From an uncultured bacterium (GTDB lineage: Bacteria; Bacillota; Clostridia; Lachnospirales; Lachnospiraceae), in the NCBI GenBank assembly GCA_947243845.1, contig CAMXIF010000010.1:39698-103697 (forward strand): 64,000 nucleotides of DNA. Direction: 5' to 3'. Of this stretch, positions 56,764-64,000 are shown in pieces. How positions within the stretch are numbered: the first letter of the stretch is position 1; each line of letters opens with the position of its first letter. The position numbers and the translations under genes were made by a program. A model generated the notes under the pieces. The model saw nothing but the letters and a program-made list of their open reading frames with translations. It did no database searches and was not told the origin of the DNA.

Positions 56764-58770
56764 ATGAAGATGGCAAAGACTATGAAAGGCCGGCTGACGA
56801 TCAGTGTAATCTGCATCGTTGCGGCAAGTATTCTACTTACCACGATGGGAATCGTTATCATTGCGGGACAGCGCATGCTGGTGGAACAGAAAGATATTTT
56901 ACAGCTTTATGCGGATAAATACGCAGAAGAGATTAATACCTGGATCGAGAATGAAAAGATGCTGGCAGGCGGAACTGCGGACAGTATTGAAGCGGCAGGA
57001 GTTCTGGATACGGATTATCTGCAGTCTGTGGTTAATGTACATGCGGCGGGCAGGGAAGAACTGCTGAATCTGTACTGCGGTACAAGGGACAGTGCTTTTA
57101 TTCAGTCCAACAAGGAAGCGGCAATACCGGAAGGATATGATCCGGTACAGCGGGGCTGGTATCAGCAGGCGGCAGCAGCGAAAGAGACGATCGTGACGGA
57201 TCCCTACTGGGATGTGCTGACGGGACAGATGTGTACGACCATTGCCTCACCAGTATACATAGAAGGAGAATTGGCGGCGGTAATTGGTCTGGATGTAACA
57301 CTGGCTACAGTGACGGATCTGACCGGCAGTATCAACTATGCAGAAGGCGTCTATGGATTCCTTGCAGATAGCAGTGGGCAGTATGTATCCCATAGAAATA
57401 AAGAATATGAACCTTCCGAGGAGTCTGCGGTTGCAGTCATGGATATCATGCCGGCGTTACAGTCCCTGATGGAAGGAAATGATAGAAGTATCATCAGAAC
57501 GGCGGATTATGATGGAACCAAATGCTATTTTGCGGCGGCGCCCATTGAGGGCAGCAGCTGGAAACTCGGTGTAGTGTGTCCCAATGCAAATGTTTGGAGT
57601 TCCCTGGTTACTATGATTGTGGTGGCTGTGGTGACTGCGCTTGTGCTTATTGCCCTGGTGGCCGTATTTATGACGGGACTGATCGGCAGGACACTTGCGC
57701 CGGTACAGATGCTCAAACAGTTTGCTTCCGGCGATTTTTCGGAAGATGCGGTGGTGGAGAAAGGGATTCCCAGCCAGTATAAAAATGAGATTGAGCAGAT
57801 AAAGACCGCAACGGTGGAAGTTAAACAGCAGATTCGGGGAATTATTTTAAATACCAAGGAAGAGGCCGGGAATATCAATACCATTGCGGAGGAGACATCT
57901 GCGAAGATGACGATGTTAAATGGTGATATTTCGGCAATGGCATCCACTGCGGGTGAGGTCATGAGACAGACTGCCGAGGCAAAGGCACTGGCGGAACAGA
58001 TCAAAGGCACAGGGGAAGAACTGAGCAGAGTGATCGAAAATGTAGCCAGGAAGGCTGGTGAGGCAGCCAATCAGTCCGGTGATATCATGAGCCGCGCAGG
58101 CAGACAGCATGAGGCTTCCCAGAAATCGGCCAAGGTGGCTGTAGACATGTGCAGTTCTACCATGGAGGAACTTAGCAGCGCCATCAAACAGAGTCAGAAA
58201 GTGAAAGAGATTGATACCCTGACAGAGGAGATTCTGGCCATCAGTTCCCAGACCAACCTGCTGGCGTTAAATGCTTCTATTGAGGCATCGAGGGCAGGAG
58301 AGGCCGGCAAGGGATTTGCGGTGGTGGCAGATGAGATCAGGCAGCTGGCGGATCATTCCAAGAAAGCCGTAGACCAGATCCGCAAAGTGACAGAGGATGT
58401 GGTGCATAGTGTGGCATTCCTTTCAGAAAGTTCCGAGAAACTTCTGACTTTCATGAACGAAAAAGTCATGGAAGATTATCAGGGCATGACGGAACTGGCG
58501 GGCATGTATGAGAAAGATGCCGCCTTCTACAGTGATATTTCCAGTGACCTGGGCGCATCATCTCAGGAGATGAGCGCCAGCATGGACGGCATCAGCGATT
58601 CGCTTGCTACGATCACAGGGCTTGTGGGAGATATCGCAGAATTTATGAAGGAGATGGAGCAGGCGGCGGCAGAGTCCAATGAAAACTCCAGCGCGGTGCT
58701 TGCGCAGATGGAGGAGTTATCGGGACTGAGCGAACAGCTGAAACAGACGGTGGCTTCCTTTAAGGTATAA
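56764..58770 (+). CDS. Methyl-accepting chemotaxis protein (dCache-like sensor)
   Basis: TM1, YDPVQRGWY and TDPYWD (dCache-like), TM2, HAMP-like region and [34 protein letters not shown]. Confidence 0.95.
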   Translation: MKMAKTMKGRLTISVICIVAASILLTTMGIVIIAGQRMLVEQKDILQLYADKYAEEINTWIENEKMLAGGTADSIEAAGVLDTDYLQSVVNVHAAGREELLNLYCGTRDSAFIQSNKEAAIPEGYDPVQRGWYQQAAAAKETIVTDPYWDVLTGQMCTTIASPVYIEGELAAVIGLDVTLATVTDLTGSINYAEGVYGFLADSSGQYVSHRNKEYEPSEESAVAVMDIMPALQSLMEGNDRSIIRTADYDGTKCYFAAAPIEGSSWKLGVVCPNANVWSSLVTMIVVAVVTALVLIALVAVFMTGLIGRTLAPVQMLKQFASGDFSEDAVVEKGIPSQYKNEIEQIKTATVEVKQQIRGIILNTKEEAGNINTIAEETSAKMTMLNGDISAMASTAGEVMRQTAEAKALAEQIKGTGEELSRVIENVARKAGEAANQSGDIMSRAGRQHEASQKSAKVAVDMCSSTMEELSSAIKQSQKVKEIDTLTEEILAISSQTNLLALNASIEASRAGEAGKGFAVVADEIRQLADHSKKAVDQIRKVTEDVVHSVAFLSESSEKLLTFMNEKVMEDYQGMTELAGMYEKDAAFYSDISSDLGASSQEMSASMDGISDSLATITGLVGDIAEFMKEMEQAAAESNENSSAVLAQMEELSGLSEQLKQTVASFKV

Positions 58771-58806
58771 GAGACACTAGGATGTTGAGATGATATGAGT
58801 ATGATG

Positions 58807-58840
58807 AAAAACGGCATGGCTTGTGGGCTATGCCGTTTTT
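58807..58840 (+). terminator. Terminator after the MCP gene
   Basis: AAAACGGCATGGC-ttgtgg-GCTATGCCGTTTTT. Confidence 0.75.
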
Positions 58841-58941
58841 GTGAAACTTTAATACTCCTTTTTGTGAAACACATAAGCAGTGAGCGGGCAGGACAGAAAA
58901 TGGCGCTCATGAAATATCCTTTCACAAAAATTAAAAGGGTA

Positions 58942-58972
58942 TTGACCCTAACGTAACGTGATGGTTTACAAT
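58942..58972 (+). promoter_or_regulatory. MerR-type promoter with a 19-bp spacer and dyad operator
   Basis: TTGACC (58942-58947), 19-bp spacer, TACAAT (58967-58972). Imperfect dyad ACC.T.ACGT-A-ACGT.A.GGT at 58945-58965. Confidence 0.85.
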
Positions 58973-58996
58973 AATATCACGCGGGAGGATGAGGAT

Positions 58997-59722
58997 ATGA
59001 GGACAGTAAAGGAAGTAAGCAGACTGACAGGGGTGAGTGTGCGCACACTCCACCACTACGATGCAATCGGGCTTTTAAAACCGACAAAGGTAACTGAGGC
59101 AGGCTATCGGCTGTATGACGATATGGCGCTGGGCCGTCTACAAAACATTTTACTGTTTCGTGAATTGCAGTTTCCCTTAAAAGAGATCAAGGAGATTCTG
59201 GGCAATCCGGATTTTGATTCCGATACGGCCCTTGCCCAGCAGATCAGACTTTTGGAACTGCAGTATGAACGAATAGGGAATCTAATCACTTTTGCCCGTG
59301 AAATACAGGAAAAAGGAGTGCGTAAAATGGAATTTGATGTTTTTGATAAAAGCAATATTGAGCAGTATAAGGAAGAGGTAAAGAGCAGGTGGAAACAAAC
59401 CGAAGCCTATCAAGAATTTGTGCAAAGACAGGAGAACGGCGAGGACTTTCATAAGGCGGGAAAAGCATTGATGGATCTGTTTGAGGAAATCGGTATGTTA
59501 CGTGAGTTACCGCCGTCTGACGGGAAAGTGCAGGGGAAGATTCGTGAACTGCAAGGTTTTATTATAAAGCATTATTACAACTGTACCGAGGAAATCTTAA
59601 AAGGCCTGGGGACAATGTATGCGGAAGATGAGCGGTTCCGGCAGAATATTGACAAGGCCGGCGGCAGTGGAACGGCAGAGTTTGTCAGACAGGCGATAGA
59701 GGTTTATTGCTGTGGGGAATAA
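58997..59722 (+). CDS. MerR-family regulator with TipAS-like C-terminal domain (Mta/TipA-like)
   Basis: VSVRTLHHYDAIGLL, GYRLY, LFRELQFPLKEIK and C-terminal GLGTMYAEDERF..NID..G.GTAEFV..AI. Confidence 0.92.
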   Translation: MRTVKEVSRLTGVSVRTLHHYDAIGLLKPTKVTEAGYRLYDDMALGRLQNILLFRELQFPLKEIKEILGNPDFDSDTALAQQIRLLELQYERIGNLITFAREIQEKGVRKMEFDVFDKSNIEQYKEEVKSRWKQTEAYQEFVQRQENGEDFHKAGKALMDLFEEIGMLRELPPSDGKVQGKIRELQGFIIKHYYNCTEEILKGLGTMYAEDERFRQNIDKAGGSGTAEFVRQAIEVYCCGE

Positions 59723-59766
59723 GCCTGAGGGCTTGTAAAGTGTGATAGATGAGCCTATAAGTAAAT

Positions 59767-59812
59767 AATAAGACAGCATACTTTATTGATGGTGGTATGC
59801 TGTCTTATTTTT
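59767..59812 (+). terminator. Terminator after the MerR gene
   Basis: Perfect 15-bp stem AATAAGACAGCATAC / GTATGCTGTCTTATT followed by T residues. Confidence 0.8.
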
Positions 59813-59873
59813 ATATCACCTTTTGGCAGATAATCCGTTAATCCATCAATCTCTGTTTAGATACGGCGCTTCT

Positions 59874-59907
59874 TTTAGAGACACTTTAGAGAAAATCCTG
59901 CTATGAT
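59874..59907 (+). promoter_or_regulatory. Direct-repeat box and extended -10 upstream of lipoprotein 1
   Basis: TTTAGAGA-cac-TTTAGAGA, 9 nt, then TATGAT (TG-c extended). Confidence 0.75.
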
Positions 59908-59976
59908 GTGAAATTAAAAAAGCGGGCCATACATACAAAAACAATAAAAGAAGGCCCGCAGAAAGGATGCAGCAGG

Positions 59977-60672
59977 ATGAGAATGACAAAAAAATGGATA
60001 ACGGCAGGATGCATGGGGATTATGCTCCTGACAGGATTCACAGGGTGTACGAAAACAGAGGAAGCATTACAGCAGACACAGGGGGAGACAGGAAATAAGA
60101 CGGATATGCAGATACCGGAAAAGTCAGGAGACAAAGCGGAGAATCAGAAGGAAACTGATAGCAAGACAGACAATCAGACGCCAGAAAAATCAGGAGACAA
60201 AGCGGAGAATCAGAAGGAGACTGATTACAAAGCGGAGAATCACGCAGACACAGATGAGATGGCTGGACAGAATGCGCAGAACCAGTCGGATTCCGATAAC
60301 GCAGCGGATAACCAATCAGGCCAATCAGCGCCGCAGAAATATAACCCCAGCGAGGGAACAGAACATCTTGGCGGGAAGATACAAAGCGTGGCGGAAGATG
60401 GCATGATTGTTGCCCAGACCACTGTGATGGGAGAGGGAGAAGATGCCGATCTAGTCACGTTAGTGGACGAGAAGGATGCGAAGAAAATCCCCGTGCAATT
60501 TACCGCAGATACCAGGGTGGAACACTGGATCATCCAGGGCGGCGGTGCCGGGATTGATATGCGGGATGCCACGATTTCAGATTTGAAGTCCGGTCTGGGT
60601 GTGGAGTTAGAAGGATATTACGAGGGAGAGAACTTTATAGCTACGCGGATTTTGATTGAGGAATATAAATAA
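59977..60672 (+). CDS. Predicted lipoprotein: disordered linker + C-terminal OB-fold-like domain
   Basis: Signal peptide with lipobox FTG-C. The C-terminus DLKSGLGVELEG...FIATRILI resembles DUF5666-type OB folds (recalled, not searched). Confidence 0.75.
   Translation: MRMTKKWITAGCMGIMLLTGFTGCTKTEEALQQTQGETGNKTDMQIPEKSGDKAENQKETDSKTDNQTPEKSGDKAENQKETDYKAENHADTDEMAGQNAQNQSDSDNAADNQSGQSAPQKYNPSEGTEHLGGKIQSVAEDGMIVAQTTVMGEGEDADLVTLVDEKDAKKIPVQFTADTRVEHWIIQGGGAGIDMRDATISDLKSGLGVELEGYYEGENFIATRILIEEYK
60115..60236 (+). repeat. In-frame 66-bp (22-aa) duplication in lipoprotein 1
   Basis: PEKSGDKAENQKETD at 60115 and 60181, plus a third KAEN. Confidence 0.85.
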
Positions 60673-60682
60673 GGTCGGACGC

Positions 60683-60727
60683 CTAAGAGAGTACTTAGAG
60701 ATTCTTTAGAGAAAAATTTGCTATCAT
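60683..60727 (+). promoter_or_regulatory. Triple direct-repeat box and extended -10 upstream of lipoprotein 2
   Basis: CTAAGAGA-gta-CTTAGAGA-ttc-TTTAGAGA, 9 nt, then TATCAT (TG-c extended). Confidence 0.75.
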
Positions 60728-60745
60728 AAGAAGGAGATTATTAGA

Positions 60746-61342
60746 ATGATGTTACGGATGATGAAAAAGAGCAGGGGAATTTTGACTTTGGTTTGTGCTA
60801 TGATGGTGATGATGCTGGCAACAGGCTGCGGAGAAGATAAGGAAGCGCCGATACCGGTGGACTTGTCTTCGGGGAATCAGCAGGATGAGGCAGAGAATAG
60901 AAAGAGCAGTCAGGCAGACGATGACAGGAGCTCAGATGCGGAGAGTCAAGAAGACAATCGTTCACAGACAGATGGTAAGTCGGAAGGCGAAAACTTACAG
61001 ACAGGACAAACTTGTGGCAACGAGGAGTTAGTAGGTGATGTAAGAGGTATAGGGCAGGACAGTTTTGTCCTCTGTGAATATACGATTGAATCTGACGGCG
61101 CTGTTGCTATTGCAGTGGCGCCGGGGGCCGAAGAGGAAGATGATCTGATTACAGTGTATGTGAATCAGGGCTGTACATATCGACACAAGACGGTCAGAAA
61201 CGGCGGTATCAATCCGGAAGATATTTCAGAGCGGGAAGGATCTTTTGGAGATTTGAAGGATGGGATGACCTGTATCTTGAAAGGAAGCTGGCGGGACGGT
61301 TCTTTCTATGCAGACAGTATCGAGATGGAGGAGTTTGTCTGA
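60746..61342 (+). CDS. Predicted lipoprotein, paralog of 59977-60672
   Basis: Lipobox ATG-C, acidic linker and C-terminus DLKDGMTCILKG...FYADSIEM. Confidence 0.78.
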   Translation: MMLRMMKKSRGILTLVCAMMVMMLATGCGEDKEAPIPVDLSSGNQQDEAENRKSSQADDDRSSDAESQEDNRSQTDGKSEGENLQTGQTCGNEELVGDVRGIGQDSFVLCEYTIESDGAVAIAVAPGAEEEDDLITVYVNQGCTYRHKTVRNGGINPEDISEREGSFGDLKDGMTCILKGSWRDGSFYADSIEMEEFV

Positions 61343-61497
61343 CAGGCGTTGCCCGATGCTGATGGCCATATAGGGCGTCAGCCATGAAACCCGGTTATCA
61401 AAGAATTACAATAGACCAAGATAGAACACAGAGAAAGGCAGAGTGACAGAAATAAATGGATTATTTTTTGAAAGATAAGGAAAAGCAATGTAAGGGC

Positions 61498-63903
61498 ATG
61501 AAAGGGAAAAAACTATTAGCAGTTATTCTTATCCTTTCCCTGATGACAGGACTGCTTGGCGGCTGTGGGAACAGAGATCAATCCACAACCACTGATAAGC
61601 AGGGAGCAGATACAGCACAAGGAAATGTATCCGGTGCCGGGACAGGCACAGAGGACGAAGGGAATGACGCAGAGGATACAGGAACTGCTAACAAGGCCAT
61701 GGGACGCTATGTGGAAAATCCGGTGGACATTTCAGAATACACGACTCTGTCCTGTGGGGTTACCGCGCTGGCGGACGGCAGTTTTATCATTCTGGATAAG
61801 GAAGCGGGTATGCTGGTATCTGAAGATGGCGGTGTGACCTGGAAGGCGGAGGCGGTACCGGGGATTCCGGATTTTGCAGCCTTTACGAAGGACAATTATA
61901 TCTTTACCATGAAGGCAGATACGGACGGCACGATTGCAGTGCTGTCATCCCCCAATACAGATGGGACAGGGGCATTTCATACGGGATTGATTGTAACAGG
62001 ACCGGACGGTGATTCCCGGACGTTTACGGAACTGACGGCTGCAGAGGAAGGATACGTGTCGAATATCTGGTTCGGTCCAGAAGGGCGGCTGTTTGCCGAG
62101 ATTAGGGGAGGCAGTGCACTTTATGAGGTGGATACGCAGTCCGGTGAAATGCATAAGTATATGTCTCTTCCTGTGATGCCGGATCTGCTGCAGTTCCAGG
62201 GGGATTATATGATTCTTCTCACATCGCAGGATGGGATTACCTTTTATAATATGAAAGAAGAGAAGTGGGTAGAAGATTCTGTGCTTGCGGAGTTTATGCG
62301 TCAGAATTATCTGGATGAATATTATTGTTATGAGACCTTTTCAGTCTATATGGTGCCGGGAGAAGAGGAAATTGTCTATGTGGCCGGAAAGGGCGGTGTG
62401 TATCGTCATGTGATCGGCGGCAGTGCGATGGAGCAGATCATTGACGGCGGCCTGTCCACTTTCAGCAATCCGGCAATGAGCATTGTCAATATGATCACAC
62501 TGGAAAACAATGAGTTTATGGCGCTTTTTAGCAGTGGTAAGCTGGTTCGGTATACGTATGATCCGAACGTGCCTACGGTGCCGGATGAACTGGTGACGGT
62601 CTATTCCCTGCGGGAAGAAGATAAAGTACGTCAGGCCATTGCCCAGTACCAGGCCCAGAATCCCCAGACCTTTGTCAGATATGAGGTGGGAATGAGCGGT
62701 TCGGATGCAGCGGGCAGGGAAGATGCCATCAAGAAACTGAACACGGAACTGATGGCGGGCAGAGGGCCGGATATATTGATCCTGGATGATCTGCCGGCAG
62801 ACTCTTATATAGCGAAAGGCGTGCTGTTGGATTTAAGCGATCATATCAGCCAGATGACCGGTGAACAGGAACTGATGCCCAATATTGTGGAGAGTTTCAG
62901 ACGGGACGGTAAGATATACAGTATGCCGGTTTCCTTTACGATTCCGGCGATATATGGCGGGAAAGAGGATTTGACGCAGATTCATGATCTTACCTCTTTG
63001 GCGGATACCATGGAGCGGCTGCGGGAAGAAAATCCCGGCAAGGAGATTATCGGTATGTTTTCGGAGGAAGTGGCGGTAAAGTGGCTTTTGCCGATTTCTG
63101 CGCCGGCCTTTGTGGATCAGTCGGGAAATCTTGATGCACAGGTAATCGCAGATTATCTGGAGCAAATCAACCGGATTTATACAGCATCTATGGACGGCCT
63201 GTCCGATACCTTGCGGGAAACTCATGAAAACAGACGGGAAAGGTACAGAACGGTGGATGCAGATCATTACTATATGGAGGCATATAACAGTCTGGGAAAT
63301 GTTTCGACACAGTTTTTCTTGAATGAGGCTGTGTTTGCGGCGGGAAATCTGAAAAATACTTACGTGTTTCAGGAGGTACTTTCTATCAATAAGATAGAGG
63401 GTTATGAGGATATGAGGATGGTGCCCCTTGACGGGCATTGCAGTCATGTCTTCGTGCCGGAACTTATGACGGGAATCAATGCTTCATCGACACATAAGGA
63501 AGGGGCAGAGGCGTTTTTCGATGTGTTGATGGGCAAAGAGGTGCAGCAGCTTTTCTATGACGGATTTATGGTCAATAAGGCTGCTTTGGAAAATCAGTTG
63601 AGTTCTGAGTGGAAGGTTCTGTTAAACGGCGGCATGAATGTGGATTATGGCGAGATTTCAAGCAGCATTGGCGGCAGTACGGGAGACGGGCGGGAATTCA
63701 GTATGAGTATTTATATGCCAACGCAGGAAGAGTATCAGGAACTATATGATATCTTCTGTGAACTGGACACACCATATATTGCCCAACCGGTGATGGAAGA
63801 GGCATTGGTGGAGATGGGAGCTCAGTATCTGATGGGGTATCTGACTCTGGATGAGGCCGTGCAGAAGATTAAGAGCAAAGTGGATCTGTATATGGCGGAA
63901 TAG
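61498..63903 (+). CDS. Large lipoprotein: N-terminal beta-propeller-like region + C-terminal extracellular solute-binding domain
   Basis: Lipobox LGG-C, Asp-box SEDGGVTW, and SBP-like KLNTELMAGRGPDIL, KGVLLDL and DGKIYSMP. Confidence 0.85.
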   Translation: MKGKKLLAVILILSLMTGLLGGCGNRDQSTTTDKQGADTAQGNVSGAGTGTEDEGNDAEDTGTANKAMGRYVENPVDISEYTTLSCGVTALADGSFIILDKEAGMLVSEDGGVTWKAEAVPGIPDFAAFTKDNYIFTMKADTDGTIAVLSSPNTDGTGAFHTGLIVTGPDGDSRTFTELTAAEEGYVSNIWFGPEGRLFAEIRGGSALYEVDTQSGEMHKYMSLPVMPDLLQFQGDYMILLTSQDGITFYNMKEEKWVEDSVLAEFMRQNYLDEYYCYETFSVYMVPGEEEIVYVAGKGGVYRHVIGGSAMEQIIDGGLSTFSNPAMSIVNMITLENNEFMALFSSGKLVRYTYDPNVPTVPDELVTVYSLREEDKVRQAIAQYQAQNPQTFVRYEVGMSGSDAAGREDAIKKLNTELMAGRGPDILILDDLPADSYIAKGVLLDLSDHISQMTGEQELMPNIVESFRRDGKIYSMPVSFTIPAIYGGKEDLTQIHDLTSLADTMERLREENPGKEIIGMFSEEVAVKWLLPISAPAFVDQSGNLDAQVIADYLEQINRIYTASMDGLSDTLRETHENRRERYRTVDADHYYMEAYNSLGNVSTQFFLNEAVFAAGNLKNTYVFQEVLSINKIEGYEDMRMVPLDGHCSHVFVPELMTGINASSTHKEGAEAFFDVLMGKEVQQLFYDGFMVNKAALENQLSSEWKVLLNGGMNVDYGEISSSIGGSTGDGREFSMSIYMPTQEEYQELYDIFCELDTPYIAQPVMEEALVEMGAQYLMGYLTLDEAVQKIKSKVDLYMAE

Positions 63904-63932
63904 TGCAAGGGGCAGACGGTATTACGAGGAGC

Positions 63933-64000
63933 ATGAAGATGGCAGGACAGAAGAAAAACAGACAAAAGAGAGGCGGTATCGTTATGGCGGTTAGGCATAA
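63933..64000 (+). CDS. 5' end of a CDS running off the window (MKMAGQKKNRQKRGGIVMAVRH...)
   Basis: GAGGAG RBS, open frame to the window edge, basic N-terminus. Confidence 0.4.
   Translation, partial: MKMAGQKKNRQKRGGIVMAVRH

Noticed and set aside
58767-58800. Fourth copy of the TTAGAGA box (TAAGAGACAC) after the MCP stop
   Set aside because: Only one half-site matches, the spacing to the nearest -10-like hexamer is off, and a terminator follows immediately.

Overview
Chromosomal window at roughly 50% GC from a Firmicute. Gene content and order suggest Lachnospiraceae (inference). The first half is core housekeeping: uppS-cdsA-dxr-rseP-ispG-polC, tRNA-Glu(CTC), rimP-nusA-ylxR-ylxQ-infB-rbfA-nrnA-truB-ribF and rpsO-pnp. 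It is interrupted by a soluble PP2C phosphatase + Ser/Thr kinase pair and by a CdaR / glycerate kinase / MBL hydrolase / GntP module. Next come pyrB-pyrI, a folC-folE-folP-folB/K operon, pheA / DUF815 ATPase / ppx / ppk1 / maf, and an ABC-F / PHP / Cof cluster. The last 11 kb is accessory and regulatory: an OmpR-type two-component system, an orphan LytTR regulator + chemoreceptor, an Mta/TipA-like MerR regulator, two paralogous lipoproteins and a large propeller + solute-binding lipoprotein. I saw no transposase, integrase, phage gene, rRNA or CRISPR array. Three signals stand out. (1) A shared promoter architecture, (C/T)TTAGAGA-like repeats at 11-bp period ending exactly 9 bp before an extended -10, occurs upstream of the OmpR regulator and both lipoprotein genes, which predicts an uncharacterised envelope regulon. 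(2) A small two-hairpin REP/MITE-like element occurs at four gene 3' ends with compensatory stem changes. (3) A 9+12+9 LytTR-type direct repeat sits upstream of the chemoreceptor, next to a G10 tract. All family assignments come from recognising motifs by eye; no searches were run.
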